Below, piece by piece: positions 14,178 through 33,160 of a DNA stretch of 64,000 nucleotides. Source of the stretch: Octopus vulgaris (taxonomy: Eukaryota); contig OX597819.1 of NCBI GenBank assembly GCA_951406725.2, positions 101,370,001 through 101,434,000 on the forward strand, given 5' to 3'. The notes beneath the pieces were generated by a model. It saw only the letters and a program-made list of their open reading frames with translations. It had not been told where the DNA came from and made no database searches. The position numbers and the translations under genes were made by a program. How positions within the stretch are numbered: the first letter of the stretch is position 1; every line of letters starts with the position of its first letter.

Positions 14178-14663
14178 ATGTACGTGGCACCCTAGGCAAG
14201 TGTTTTCTACTATAGCCTCGGGCTGACCAAATCCTTGTGAGTGGAATTGGTAGATAAGGAACTGAAAGAAGTCCGTCGTATATATATATATATAGGCGTA
14301 AGAGAGGCTGTGTGGTAAGTACATTGTTTACCAGCCACATGGTTCCGGGTTCAGACCCACTGCGTGGTACTTTGGGCAACTATCTTCTAGTATAGCCTCG
14401 GGTCGACCAAAGCCTTGTGAGTAGATTTGGTAGACGGAAACTGAAAGAAGCCCGTCGTATATATGTGTATATGTTTGTGTGTCAGTGTATGTCCCCCCAA
14501 CATAGCTAGACAACCGATGGTGGTGTGTTTACGTCCCGATTACTTAGCGGTTCGGCAAAAGAGACCGATACAATAAGTACTAGGCTTACAAAGAGTAAGT
14601 CCTGGGATCGATTTGCTCGACTAAAGGCGGTGCTCCAGCAAATAACTGAAACAAGTATAAGAG

Positions 14664-14708
<45 letters not shown>

Positions 14709-14850
14709 GTGTCTGTGTGCTTCACATCCGATGTTGGTGTGTTTAAATCCCGGTAATTAGTGTTTAAGCAAAAAGATCGATAGAATAAGTACTAGGTTTA
14801 GAAATAATAATTCCTGGAGTCGATTTGTCGCCTCAGTCAAACAAAGTACG
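14178..14850 (+). mobile_element. Cluster of SINE family B (partial 14178-14280, near-full 14294-14665, 3' part 14705-14850)
   Basis: Head ggctgtgtggtaag..ggttcag.cccac, CORE-like (c)ttgggcaa, internal microsatellite, tail ggcggtgctccagca..ctgaaacaag. Confidence 0.88.
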
Positions 14851-14901
14851 GAGACAAGTAAATGAATAAAGTACACACACATACATACATACATACAAAC
14901 A

Positions 14902-14980
<79 letters not shown>

Positions 14981-14983
<3 letters not shown>

Positions 14984-15300
14984 TGTTTCTTTATTAGCCA
15001 CACAGGGCTGCACACAGACAGAACAAATTACAAGGTAGAGCTTTTCTTTTGGGGGTAAAAAAAAAGGGGGTTGGTTTTCGATCAAAAGGGATCGTAAAAG
15101 GAAAGAAAGAGGACAAAAAAGGGGAGGATTTTAAAAAAAGGGGGGAGAGGGAAAAAAAGGAAAGGGGAGAGGAAAAAAAGTTGATCAATAGGGATCGTAA
15201 TCACAGGAATGTCTATATGAAGTGTAAAGGAGAGGACAGGTGAGGTTTACCCGTGGAAAGAAAATCCTACGGAAAAGACCACGGTAACCTCGGTCAATGA
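14981..15300 (-). mobile_element. Putative LINE 3' UTR fragment inserted between (GA)n and (GATA)n
   Basis: Minus strand ends gtgtgcagccctgtgtggctAATAAAgaaacatc after a pyrimidine-rich tract; similar to SINE-A tail 1. Confidence 0.5.
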
Positions 15301-15310
15301 AGAGAGAGAA

Positions 15311-15373
<63 letters not shown>

Positions 15374-15793
15374 CACATAGATGGATGGGAGTTTGCATTT
15401 AAAAGCAATGCAGAAAGTACTTATTACAAAGGTGCTGTGCAGTGAATCTATTTTGCAATCTAACTGACAGAAAATCTACAATTATTAGTTTCACGTTTCC
15501 GGTCTTCATCGACTGCAAAAATATGACAAAAATTCCTTTTTAGATAATACATTAGATAATAAAAAATAATCGAAATTTCAATAAAACAAAGTAATAGAAT
15601 TACCAATGGTTGACTGAAAACGAAAAGATGATATAATGACGGAATGATTAGTATAGATGATGGAATAATTCTTCGAATGAAATGAAATGAAATTAAATAC
15701 AATAAAATTACAAAAATGAAGTTGAAAGATTAATATAAAACAGCAAAAAGACAAAAAACAAAAGGTAATGATATATATATATATATATATATA

Positions 15794-16180
15794 CTAGCAG
15801 TATCGCCCGGCATTGCTCAGGTTTGTAAGGGAAATAACTATAAAGCATTTTTAGAGAGTTATAGCCAAAAAATAGCAAAAAAATGGGAAAAAAATGATGG
15901 TAAATTTTTTTTGAGAGTGAAAAAAGGTGGAGTTGCGTCCCCTAGACGGTCCGTGGTTTGGCTTCTGATTCTCGACCCCATGTCGAATTTATCGATTTTT
16001 TTCAGAACTGGGGGAACTTTTCAAAATTTTCGCTGCGTTAGTTTTGAATTATGACATTGGGCTATGTGTGTGTCAAGTTTCATCAGAATCGGTTGAAAGC
16101 CGTGGTCAGAGTGAGGGTACGAGAAAACAGACACACAGAAAACGCACAGACAAACTGCCGTTTATATATATATATATATA
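15794..16180 (-). mobile_element. Non-autonomous Helitron 1
   Basis: Minus-strand 3' end has a GC hairpin (cctgagcaatgccggg) ~9 nt before CTAG|T; 5' end runs into (TA)n. Confidence 0.75.
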
Positions 16181-16182
16181 TA

Positions 16183-16920
16183 ACTTAGATAAAACTTAGA
16201 TATGTTTCGACCAGAGATTGGTCCAGGCCATGTCTAACTTAATAGCACCACCTGATAGGATTATCCGAATCCTGTTTAAGTCAAGTTTTGTTCAAGTAGT
16301 GAGTTCTTGTTGGGTGAGTTGTATCCAATTATGGGTGGCATATCTGGTATTCTTTGAAGGAATCTATCCAGACTCTGTTTAAAGTTGATGGGATCCTTTT
16401 CCTCTTTGATCTCCCTCGGGACAATGTTAAATAGGGCAGGGCCTGTTGAGGAAAAGAAATTATGTTGCAGTGTACATGTATGTTGTGATCTTGAATTTGG
16501 CAGGGGACGTATAGCCCGTGGTCCAAGTCTTGGATGAACCTTGAAGCTAATGTTTAGGTCGTTTGGGCAAAGTTGGCGGTATATTTTCCACATCGTACAA
16601 ATGATGTACCGCTCACGGCGACGCTGGAGGGAGTAATGTTTCAAGGCTTTAAGGCGATCCCAATAATCGAGAGCAGCCATGCCTTCAATTTGTTTAGTGA
16701 GAGCCCTCTGGGGTGACTCAATTCTGGAGATGTTTTGTCTTGTGTGAGGAGACCACAGTGGGCAGCAGTATTCAAGGTGTGGCCGTACAAAGGAGGAAAA
16801 AGTGGTATGATGACACCTTGTTCTCTGGATCGGAAAGTTCTTAAGATCCAGGAACTCATCCTACGAGCTATATCGACCTTCTTGTTGATGTGTGCACTCC
16901 AACTGAGATCGTCATCAACA
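16183..16920 (-). mobile_element. 5'-truncated CR1/L2-group LINE with intact 3' tail
   Basis: DDLSWSAHINKKVDIARRMSSWILRTFRSR...LDYWDRLKALKHYSLQRRRERY...FKQSLDRFL; tail repeat tatctaagtt; (TA)n on both sides. Confidence 0.9.
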
Positions 16921-16929
16921 TATATATAT

Positions 16930-16960
<31 letters not shown>

Positions 16961-17540
16961 AATCCCCAAAACGGAATACGAAAGTAACGTATGGCAATAA
17001 AAGCATACGGACAAATAGACGATACAAAGACAGACAGGAAAACACGGACGGATTATTCGTGGCCCTCTGTTTATCAGTCTAGCTTCCAATCTTCATTACG
17101 GTTTCGGCCCGTTACTCTTGAGACTGTTTAAAATTGGTAGGCCCCGAAAACCTAAGCTAAGACCCTTAAATCTTTGGAAGAAAGTATGTGAAAGTGTACA
17201 ACAGAGACAAAAAAAAACGAGAAAAGAGAGTAAATACAAATACAAACACCAAGAGTATAACGACAGATGTCTTTCGACTAAAAGGACAAGTTAAGTTAAG
17301 CTGGCTTGTGAAATGGAAGTCTTGCGGCAACAAACGTGGGTAAGAGTCAGAGGAGGGGAAAACAAGGTGTTGTTCGGGCCGAGTCAGGCTGAGAAAGAAA
17401 GATCATGCTTCGCCGAATCCTGGTCCCGTTGAAGCAACAGAGAGAAGTAGGGGGCAGAGGGATTGAAGAATTAGGGAGGGAACTAGAGAGAGAGAGGAAG
17501 GGACAGAGAGAGAAGTACAATGGAGATGACAAAGGTAAGT

Positions 17541-17600
<60 letters not shown>

Positions 17601-17794
17601 AAGTAAATAAGATGGCTAGCAGCAGGCTGTTTCGCCTCATACCGAAGGAATTAGAACTGGCAGTCAAAGACTGTTTTTTCCATTTTCTGTAAGTGGAGAA
17701 TCCAAAAACGAAGGCCCGTATATATATATATACGTATATGATATATATAGACATATATATATATATAATATATAATATATATATATATAATGCA

Positions 17795-18186
17795 TGACTG
17801 TGTGCTAAATAGCTTTTTTACTAACCACAAGGTTCCGGGTTCAGTCCCACTGCGTTGTACCTTGGGCAAGTGTCTTCTACCATAGCCTCGGGCCGACCAA
17901 AGCCTTGTGAGTGGATTTGGTAGACGGAAACTGAAAGAAGCCCGTCGTATATATGTATATATATATATATACGTGTGTGTGTTTGTGTGTCTGTGTTTGT
18001 CCCCCTAGCATTGCTTGACAACCGATGCTGGTGTGTTTATGTTACTTAGCGGTTCGGTAAAAGAGACCAATAGAATAAGTACTGGGTTTACAAAAGAATA
18101 AGTCCCGGGGTCGAGTTGCTCGATTAAAAGCGGTGCTCCAGTATGACCGCAGTCAAATGACTGAAACAAGTAAAAGAGTAAAAGAG
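17795..18186 (+). mobile_element. Near-full-length SINE family B
   Basis: ccttgggcaagtgtcttctac..ggaaactgaaagaagcccgtcg-(TA/TG)n-..gactgaaacaagtaaaagagtaaaagag. Confidence 0.92.
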
Positions 18187-18542
18187 AGAGATATGTGTAT
18201 GTGTGTGGCGCGGTATCTGTTAATTCACTCGCATACACACCCACGTGCGTGCACTCACAATAAATATATATGCATACATACATATGTGCATTATAGCTAT
18301 GGTTCAACAAATTTTATGTGTTCTATGTCATTTGGTTAATGAAGATGGAGACAATATATAGAAATGTTATTGTCTTCCCTTATTTTATTATTTATAGGCG
18401 CAGGTATGGTGGTGTGATGAAGAAATGGCAGGGAGTTTAGTCCTATTGAGTAATAGTTAGGATGAGATACTCATTATAGCTCTGGGCCGAATAATGACTT
18501 ACAAGTGATTTTGATCGAAGGAAGATGAATGATAACTCGTCA

Positions 18543-18620
<78 letters not shown>

Positions 18621-18999
18621 CCTACCTACCTATGAAGCTGACTCTGTATCATAATGAGGTTTGCTTGCGTCTTTTTTTTCTTTTTTTGTTACCCCACCGT
18701 TTGAAAAGCGGTGTTAGTTGTAAACTACTAGTGAATTAGTAGTTTGACACAAAAAGACGTTAAGATACATACTTATATACGAAGGGCTACTTTCAGTTCC
18801 TTCTACCAAATCCACTGGCAACGACTTGGCTGGCACGAGGTTATAGTAGCAAATTCTAGCCCAAGATGCCATATATATATATTCCCACACATATATACGC
18901 GCTCACATATACACAGTGAAAATTTGTGTTTGACAGTTAAATTTGTATTGCTCCCTTGCTGTTCTCTCTACATGGTTTACGTTGCCCCGTTAATGTGCA

Positions 19000-19700
19000 T
19001 TGGGTGCTTTGATTTTTAATCTGCCAGGCGTAATGTAGGAAGACCAATGTAATGATTTTCAACGAGTGAACGTGCCTGTAAAAGCGTGTTCTCTTGTAGC
19101 TGCACTGCTAATCAGTTGATATTTGTAAACGATGTCTTTAGAGAGACATTTTCCTTCCAAAAGGCTTTCGAATGTATTTTTGAAATTACAAGTTTTAGTA
19201 GCAGAAGCTTCTCCTGTATTAGTGTTGGCTATACTAGTGCATGAAAGTTTTTCGAAGTTAGCTGTAGAAATATTTGTGAGAGATATCAAATAATGATTGT
19301 GGCTTGAGCGGGCTTCAGTTGATCATCATTCTGCAGGGATAGAATTGCTTTGCTAGAGTGAGAGCCAATGGAATTTAGAGTATGACTATTAAGTATAGGA
19401 AGATGTACAACATACATATTTTTTTAGTGTAATGTTATTAGCCCTAGTAATGGTATCTTCAAGGTTGGGCGTTGTGGAGTACGATAGCTTAACGGTATAT
19501 TTATTAAATATTTGTTGATATTTGTGGTGACATTTGTTATTAAGGAGCGGGGAGGAAATTTTAAGTAGACGAATTTAACCGGGTAAATATGTGGGGGATT
19601 AAGGTAGGTAATTTTTATATTTCTATTTTTGTCTCTTAATGGTAGTGCTGTTGGAAGTGCAGATAGTAAACTTATAACTAACAAATGGAATTTGCAGTAG
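19000..19700 (-). mobile_element. Decayed Penelope-like element (Naiad-like linker and GIY-YIG start)
   Basis: NRNIKITYLNPP..NVTTNINKYL; LNSIGSHSSKAIL; TCNFKN..LEGKCLSKDIVYK. Confidence 0.65.
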
Positions 19701-20509
19701 TCGTGAATCTAGAGAGTTTAGAGTCAGTCAAGTCAGTATAAGGCGGTTTTGTGTGTCTAGGCGCAAAAAATGTTACCTATTGATTTATCCGCGCTTTTAC
19801 AGTGTGGGATCTTAGTGTGATTTAGGGTTCGCAATATAAGTGATCTTTTCTTTACAGCCATTTCTGCTAAGAGTCCCAACGTCATAGCCAACTATACATA
19901 CAAATATTAGCTTATTTGCAGATAACTTAGAAACTCGAATAGACACGCATTTCTCTATTTGATTGATTGCTGAGCTAAGCTGATTGGATTCTAAGAGGTA
20001 TAAGTTTTCGTTAAATTATTCAAATATATATAAATCATTGAAAAGTAGTAATAAATTATACTAGTCGTTTCTCTAGATCAATGTAGAGTATTCATTAAAA
20101 TATTAAAACTGAAAGTCTCATAAATGCCACGGGCCTCAGTTTTAAGTTTCCGTTCATGCTGCTGGTACTCCAAGTTTCTCATGGATCATCTGCTGTTTGA
20201 ATATATTTTGAAATATTATGCAAATGCTATCAAGAAACCTTGACTTTTATGGTTTTTTCATAAAGTATGGGAATGATTCATTGAAATACTCATGTTTTCC
20301 GCGTCACTGCTGCTCCCTTTGAACCACTCCAAAGTTCATGCTTTAAACTTGAATTCGTTTTTTAAAATTCCACAACAGGTAAGTCATCGTAAGGAATGTT
20401 CTCTTATGAAAATGCGTTTAAGTAATGTCATAAAAGTATTTTTCTAACACTTCAAACCAAAATATTTTCTCCCCGAACTGGAATGAAAAGATAGAAAGTT
20501 AGCAATTAT

Positions 20510-21250
20510 ACATAAAATACTTACTTCCATGAATAGAATTCACAAACAATTCAGATCTTTTGTTCAAACAAGTATTTCCTTGAAATAAATTTCTGAATTT
20601 CTCATTCAAGCAACGTTACACCGCATTCTTTATTTGAGACTCCTTTTCGTACATGGTGGTGCCTTATCTACAATCGACCAGGAAATTTTATATTCGAGTC
20701 TGAGAATATCACTTGCCAAATATATAATTTGGGCACAGTTCTGTTGTTTGTTTCTACTTTATGATTTATACTATCGAATTGGCGAACAGTTATCATGTAA
20801 TGGGCAGTTTCCACGCATTCTTATGGTGTATGATTTGTGTAGCAAGTACTTTTCTCGCTTTTAAATCCTTCCACATTGAGTCATTATAAATTCTGATATA
20901 GGAAGCGAAATTTTCCTATTTAATATTTTAATATACCTATGTTCTGGTGGAAATTAGTAATGAATTATGATAAGGAGAGCACTAGCTACATTAGTTCTTA
21001 ATGCTAGGTTAAATACTGGCTTTTACCGCAAATTATTCCTTTCCTATTCTTTGTGTTATGCTGTGCGTTCTCAAGTCTTTTGTGCATATAATGTTATAAC
21101 AGATCCCGCTATGTCAAAGACCTTCATGTAATAGACACACGTCTTCATAAATGTATTTTCATCGAAGATATCAAGGATGCCCTCTTACTCATTTTGTCAA
21201 CGATGTTTCGCATGATGTTGGGTGGTGCTTTGATTGGCTATGTACACTAA
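20510..21250 (-). mobile_element. Decayed Penelope-like element (RT C-terminus to GIY-YIG endonuclease)
   Basis: PPNIMRNIVDKMSKR; RTNVASALL..FPPEHRY; YIWQV; EYKISWSIVDKAPP; CLNEK; LNKRSELF, in the expected order with frameshifts. Confidence 0.72.
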
Positions 21251-21299
21251 TTTCTCATTGTGTTTGTGGTAAGGTCTGAAACAATTAGTAATTATCTTC

Positions 21300-21847
21300 A
21301 AATATCTTTCTTATTTACATATGAACATACACTTACACACACACATATACAAATATACATACATTGGTATGTACAGATATACATACATAAATATATATAT
21401 ATATGCATATATATATATAAACATATATATGTAGGTGTATTTGTGACCCTCTTTTAATATGTTGTTACATAGGGAAAACAAACATTATTTAAAGGGTGAC
21501 GTAATGCTTTTAAGTACAGTGGCATCCAAGTCACTCGTATACTGTGTAATTATAGACATCAATGAATGTAGTTTTGTTTAAATATGTATAAGACTGTTTG
21601 TTTGTTCATTGGGACAAATAACAGAGAATTTAGAAGAAAAAAAAAAAGTAATAGCAAATTTCAATAACGAATTAGAGACTAAGATATATTAATGTTTATA
21701 TCAGCAGAAAACGTTATATTACTGAAAAGGTAATCCTTGCCTCAGCTGATGTTGTTTATATACGCGCGCGAATCTGAGTGCTTACATGGCATATGTGTAT
21801 GAATTTATTCATTTATGTATTGATGTGCATATATATATGTATTTATG

Positions 21848-21921
<74 letters not shown>

Positions 21922-21960
21922 TATATATATATATATACATGCATACATATATATATAGTA

Positions 21961-21992
<32 letters not shown>

Positions 21993-22602
21993 GCAATGAA
22001 ATATATACAAACTTATCTGTCTTTATATCTATGTATACAAATATGCATGTATATATCATACATGCACACACACACACAAGAGAGACATATACGCACACAT
22101 ACAAGGATGTATGTGTATGGGTGTGTATTTAAGTGTATATATATACATATATGTTTTTACACACACTGTTACGCAAATACACACGCACACACTTACACAA
22201 GTACACACACACACACATACATTCATACATATATATCCATACAGTCATACACACACAAAATTAGCTTAAATATATGTAAAAATAAAACTATAAAAACGTT
22301 GCAAGCTACGTGACATGTATGTTTACACTACATACAACATTGCTGTAAATTATGTTATTATTTTCATCATGTCGACAGGGGAATTATAGATTCCAAACTA
22401 TTTGCATTGTGCCTTCAGACAACCACACCTTTCATGTTTGTTCATATAATATACTGGTCAACTTTCATGTATATTAATAAGATCCTAGAATCTTGGTCGC
22501 ACTTACGCACTATTATTTCTCTAGAATACGCACACACATTCATATGCATACACACATATGCCCATACATCTGTGTATCTGTTTCTCTGTAATATATATAT
22601 AC

Positions 22603-22685
<83 letters not shown>

Positions 22686-22731
22686 TATCTATGTTTGTGC
22701 GTTTGTGTGTGTATATATGTATGTACATATT

Positions 22732-22764
<33 letters not shown>

Positions 22765-23073
22765 ATATATATATATGTATGCATGTATATGTATATATAC
22801 ATATGCGTGTATGTGGGTGTGTACATATGTACATTCATACACACATGTTTGTTGTCACGAACAAGAATACACGAACTCATATTTGCGTATTAATGGTTAT
22901 ATAAGCAGGCTGGTTCAGCATATATATATATATATATATATATAGGGAGAGAGAGAGGGAGAGGGTGAGAAAGAGAGACAGACAGGCACAAAAATGGATA
23001 CATACACACATGTATACTAACATGCACACATACATATATACATAACTTTTGGTGGTGTAGTCGGAGCTCCATG

Positions 23074-23124
<51 letters not shown>

Positions 23125-23125
23125 C
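21300..23125. repeat. (TA)n/(CA)n microsatellite field
   Basis: Direct reading. Confidence 0.95.
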
Positions 23126-23666
23126 TTCATGCTTCACCAAATGCCACATATTAGAAGCCACATATTAGGAGGCTCTTAGAAATAACATTGTAGCAAAACG
23201 GCGGTGCATCAGCATGGCCACATCTCTTAGCTGAAACTAGAAAAAAAATCATATCTTTTGACCAAACGGTGCTCCCGCTTCTCCATTTTTGACTACAGCC
23301 AGAAGGAGAAAAAAATGATAAGGGAGATGAATCCAACACCTATTCTTCATTGTTTGATTGCTGCTATTATCGTTAAAACGCTTGGTAAGCATTGATATAA
23401 TAACGAAATGTTTATTGTAAACATTTAATCTCTTGTTTGTCCACTCAGATGTAAGCCGTAATGCCTACATCAATTATGCTAAGTATATTAATTATTTCTG
23501 CCAGAGATAATTTGCAAGTCACTTACAGATGCATTAAAAATCCTTGCGATGACGTAAGTACCGTGAGGTCATACTAACATTTGTGTTGTGTAGAAATTTT
23601 GTTGTGAACGAATTTCTGAAAGTATGAGAGTGTTATTGGACATGAAATATCCATCTCTACAATGTA

Positions 23667-23886
23667 CGAGGCAAGTGCTAAAAATTTCCTGGCTTTAAGA
23701 GTATTGCAAAAGGTCTGGTTGGAGATACAACTGTCCGAGTTCATTTACAGAGCATGGGAAATCTGAAGGACCAATGGAACATGTATATGAATCTGAGAGA
23801 AGAAAGTTTTGAATAAAATTATAATTAGCTGATCTTCCTGTGTTTTCTTTTACCCTAAGCCAGGAACTTTTCTGTACAACTTCTTA
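23667..23886 (+). mobile_element. mariner-derived MITE, copy 1
   Basis: TA|cgaggcaagtgctaaaaatttcctggct ... agccaggaacttttctgtac; homologous to 28833-29049. Confidence 0.7.
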
Positions 23887-24019
23887 TACTGGATTTTCTA
23901 GTTAGTTCAGTGAGACAAGATGGCGCAGTTTGACACATTACTTACTGTCTGTAATAACATTGCTGGAATGAGTTTAACTGGTTCCGTGTAATTTCATATT
24001 CTTGAAATTTTAGATAGTC

Positions 24020-25025
<1,006 letters not shown>

Positions 25026-25028
25026 TAC

Positions 25029-25085
<57 letters not shown>

Positions 25086-25366
25086 GTGTGTGTCTTTCTG
25101 TCTGTGTTTGTCTTCCGCCACAGCTTGACGATCGATCCCCGTAATTTAGTGGTTCATGATAATTAACCGATAGAATAAGTACCACGCTTAATAAAACCTA
25201 TCGTACAGTGGTAGATTCATTCAACTAAAATTTCTTCGCAGTGATGCTCCAGCATGGTCGCAGTTTAGTGGAAGAAACAAGTAAAAGTTGTAAGATAATT
25301 GTAAGGCTTCAATGATCCATGTGTGCTACTGCATATGTTGATATTGTCACACACACACACACACAC

Positions 25367-25402
<36 letters not shown>

Positions 25403-25749
25403 TACAGAGAAACAGATACACAGATGTATGGGCATATGTGTGTATGCATATGAATGTGTGTGCGTATTCTAAAGAAATAATAGTGCGTAAGTGCGACCAA
25501 GATTCTAGGATCTTTGACATGTGTGTATGAATGAAATATAATTGTAAGGCTTCAATGATTCATGTGTGCTACTGCATATGTTGATATTGTCGAACGTCTT
25601 TAGCAATATTTTGTGTTATATAAAAGGAGATGAAGGATTGTTTTTTTTTTATTTTATGAAACTCTATGTCAGAATTTTCGGAAAGCCAAATAACAAAATT
25701 TCCCGCCGTACTATATCCTACGACAATGTAATTACGGGTAATGACAATC

Positions 25750-26102
25750 GGGCGCAGATCTTTGGGCGTTGACAATTTAGTGCGGCTGACTGGACTGTCA
25801 ATCTGTATTGGCCACACGCACCTATGCATGTGCACACAAATATATGCATATTCAAGATAGAGAGATTGAGAAAGGAGTGAGTGAGAATGATGTATTACAC
25901 AGAGGTACAAACACTGATGGGAATATATATAAAGAGAGAGAGAGAGAGAGAGAGAAAAGAGAGAGAGAGGCAGGGGAAAGTGAATGAGAGAAATATCAAA
26001 TCGAAGTAAACGCAAAAACGTCTAATGTCAATTAAGTCAACGTCGAAACGGTTACGACAAACAAGCAGCGCCAAAACGGCTGTGCCATAAAGTCCCTTGC
26101 CC
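25750..26102. mobile_element. Possible small non-autonomous DNA transposon
   Basis: Imperfect TIRs gggcgcagatctttgggc / gccataaagtcccttgccc; flanks atgacaatc / atgtaatc could be a decayed TSD. Confidence 0.3.
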
Positions 26103-26802
26103 ATGTAATCTCACAAGGTAGAAACTGCAATGTCCCATTCACGATCAAAAGCATCAGGAACTCTATCAGACATTAATGAAAGTACTCAAGTTACCAAAGA
26201 CACTACCTAATCTTGTTTGTCTCAGATATGACACAGAGAAATATAGCGTTATTGATTTCTGACGTAAAAGACATGGATACATATTTTGGATGAGAGTAAA
26301 AAGCTACTGAATATATTCCAGTTTCTGACTAGAATTATTTTATCTACTGACCAAGAATGATATGCAGGGTTGAATTCGGCGTGTCTTGCACTTCCAAGTT
26401 ATAGGGGCGTAACTAAATAGTCAAAGGCAGTTGTGCCGACCGTCTACCGATTGTCAATACACAGTTCAAATTGGTAGATAGGTACTACAGCTTGATTCTA
26501 AGAAAATTTAAGTAACTCGTTCATTATGCCCTAATATTACAATCGATTCAATTGGTGTTGTGTTTAAAATTAAGTGTGAAATGCCCGTTAGCTGGTAACA
26601 TGAAAACTACAGATACTAAAGTGAAAATGATGTTAAATCAAGTTTTGAAATAGGCTTATAGGTTTTTGATATGAAACCATAAGCTGAAACAGAAATTAGA
26701 ATCGGTGATTGTGCTATCTACAAAATAACACCCCCCTAAAATTATATGGCACTATATATTATAAAATGACACATTTACTCTCTCTCTCTCTATATATATA
26801 TA

Positions 26803-26853
<51 letters not shown>

Positions 26854-28236
26854 TTATCTATCTCTATACAGATACATACACATATACACAGATTAGATTC
26901 TGGATTTTATATTGAGATTTTAAGAGATTTAGTTCTAAGTATGATACACTTAATCTGGGAAGAATATTTACTAATATCAACGAAAGAAATATTCCAAAAT
27001 TGTTTATTAATTTTAAAAAATAGTAAATATTTCAACGTTATATAAATGGAAAATGATACCAACTAAACTTTTATTTTCAAACTACTATAATTAATGTGGC
27101 TCAGGGTAAAATTCAAAACTAATATCACAATGATATTTTAAACTTGAGAATAGTATAACAATTTGGTATACAACGATGGTGGACTTATTGAAAATTAACA
27201 ACTTCAAGTAGAGTTTACTTTCTGAGCTCAAATGTCACGGAGATCGACTTCCTTGTCCTTTCAGGATCGATAAAATAAGTACCAATTGAGCTCTGAGGTC
27301 AATATAATTGAATTTCCCCCTCCCTCAAAATTACTGGTCTCTTGGCAAGATCAGAAAATAATTTAAAGACTTAATTAATCACACTGGTTCTTAGGCAGAA
27401 TCGGTTGGGGCTGTTGGGTAGGAATGCATGCTTGTATATAGTAACGGATTTTTGCCATACGATTTCAGACACTACCGAAGTTGACTTCAATTTTTACCCA
27501 TCTAGGGTTGATAAAATAAAGTTATAGTCGATAATTGACTTTTCATTATCCAGAAATTTAAGACATTATTAGTAATCAATATTTTGCTGAAAAATATATA
27601 TCTGACTCCGAAACAACATGTATGATCTCATATGGCTCTTTGATGTCTATAGCTGACTACATTTATATCAATCATTTTCTAACAGTAGTGACAACGGATT
27701 AATATTGGTTTCAAACAGATTCCCTCCTCTTTAGCATATGTATTTTTCACTTGACCAATAATACACGTTTAGGTCTATGGCTCACACCTCAGCTAAGAGG
27801 TGGATTTTCTATAGTCAAGGCTGCTGCTAAAATTATGTTTACAGTCTCACACAGAGGCGACAAATGTGGTCGGTCGATATCAGAAATATTAAAATCTGTC
27901 TTACATGGTTACACACTTAACTAGACAAGTTTAGAATACTTGTCGTATTTTCTTGCATACAAGTCAAATTTTTATGACCCAAATTTACAGCTAAAACTGG
28001 TAGGTCAACTTATAAATCAAAACCACTTTCGAGGACCAAAACTACAGTGTAGCGGGATTTAGAATGATAAGGATAATATTTGAAAGTTTACACTACATAC
28101 TTACATTATATACTGCATCAATTTGTATTCCGGAAAATAAGCTATATTATAGATCGTAGACGAAATTGAAACACAGTGCCCACGGTAGATTTTGAACTGA
28201 GGACTTATAAATATAAATTAAGAAATGGTATTTAAA

Positions 28237-28645
28237 TGGCAGAAACGTTAACGCGCCGGACGAAATGCGTAGCCGTATTTCGTCTGCTGTTACTTTCTGA
28301 GTTCAAATTCCGCCGAGGTTGACTTTGCCTTTCATCCTTTCGGGGGTCGATAAATTAAGTACCAGTTACGAACTGGGGTCGATATAATCGACTTAATCCG
28401 TTTGTCTGTCCTTGTTTGTCCTCTCTATGTTTAGCCCCTTGTGGGTAGTAAAGAAATAGGTATTTCATACGCCGCTACGTTCTGAGTTCAAATTCCGCCG
28501 AGGTCGACTTTGCCTTTCATCCTTTCAGGGTCGATAAATTAAGCACCAGTTACGAACTGGGGTCGATGTAATCGACTTAATCCGTTTGTCTGTCCTTGTT
28601 TGTCTCTCTGTGTTTAGCCCCTTGTGGGTAGTAAAGAAATAGGTA
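28237..28645 (+). mobile_element. SINE-A dimer with 15-bp TSD
   Basis: ggtatttaaatggca at 28227-28241 and 28642-28656; same internal junction as 11043. Confidence 0.92.
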
Positions 28646-28832
28646 TTTAAATGGCACATTATCAAAATATGAATAAGGCATAGATTGACAATTTTTTATC
28701 GACCCAGAAAAGCAATGCTTAATCATCTGGAGCGGAATTTGAAATTAAATACGTGAAGAGTGTTCGAAAAAATAAAACTAGAGAACGTTTGTTCTGCGTC
28801 ATTGCTATTTCTAACACTCTACTATCGTCATA

Positions 28833-29049
28833 AAAGGGGAGGTGCTGAAAAGTCCCTAGCTTTAAGGGTATCACGAAAGGCGTGCTTGGAAGCACAAACT
28901 TCCCAGTTCTATTACAGAGCTTAGAAAGCTGAACGGCCGCTGCAATAAGTGTGTAATTGTAGAAGGAAATATGTTGGATAAAATCATAATTAACTGATCC
29001 TCCTATATTTTCTCTTACCCAAACTCAGGAACTTTTCAGCACGCCCTCG
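28833..29049 (+). mobile_element. mariner-derived MITE, copy 2
   Basis: gaggtgctgaaaagtccct ... aggaacttttcagcacgccctcg|TA; interior resembles a mariner C-terminus (KL..RCNKCV). Confidence 0.75.
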
Positions 29050-29529
29050 TACTCAATAAAATCTTGAAGTTTATCTCCGCTATGTTTTTCATTAATTTTT
29101 TCACAACACCAAATTGCATATTTGAACTGATTGCACGAATTGATTAATTTAAAGAGGTTTAAATATATGAACGAAATTAGTGAAATTCAAAGGAAAAATG
29201 ATGTTTCTTTACATCCCATAACGTGACCAAAGATGGATAATAACAGTAAATAGCCAAGAAAAATTGATAAACGAAACCAATAAAGCAATATGACAATGAC
29301 GATAGCAAAACGAAACGTAACGTAAATAGCAATATAAGCGAGAACAGGGCGAATAATAGATCTGACAAGCATTTTGAAGCTGCTCCAGCATGGTGAGAAA
29401 CGAAATAATTTATCAGAGACAGAGAATCGAACATTTAAAACAATGTTCTTCTCCATCATTTAATGAAACCGTACAGATTTCACCAAGGTGCAAAATCCTT
29501 ACACTCGCTCTGTGTACATACTGCTCAAT

Positions 29530-33050
<3,521 letters not shown>

Positions 33051-33160
33051 TTCGTATTAATTCCAACTGAATTATTCATAAATATGTATTCAATAAAACT
33101 ATTTACACAAAATATTCATCTTTGTGTACAATTTTACTTTATCATTAGTTACCCAAAAAA

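Noticed and set aside
16960-17530. Complex insert between (TA)n tracts, possibly Penelope-derived
   Set aside because: Has GAAACCGUA on the minus strand but no CUGANGA and no convincing protein motif
21778-23161. Many [12 protein letters not shown] ORFs here and throughout the window
   Set aside because: Translations of stop-free (TA)n/(CA)n microsatellites
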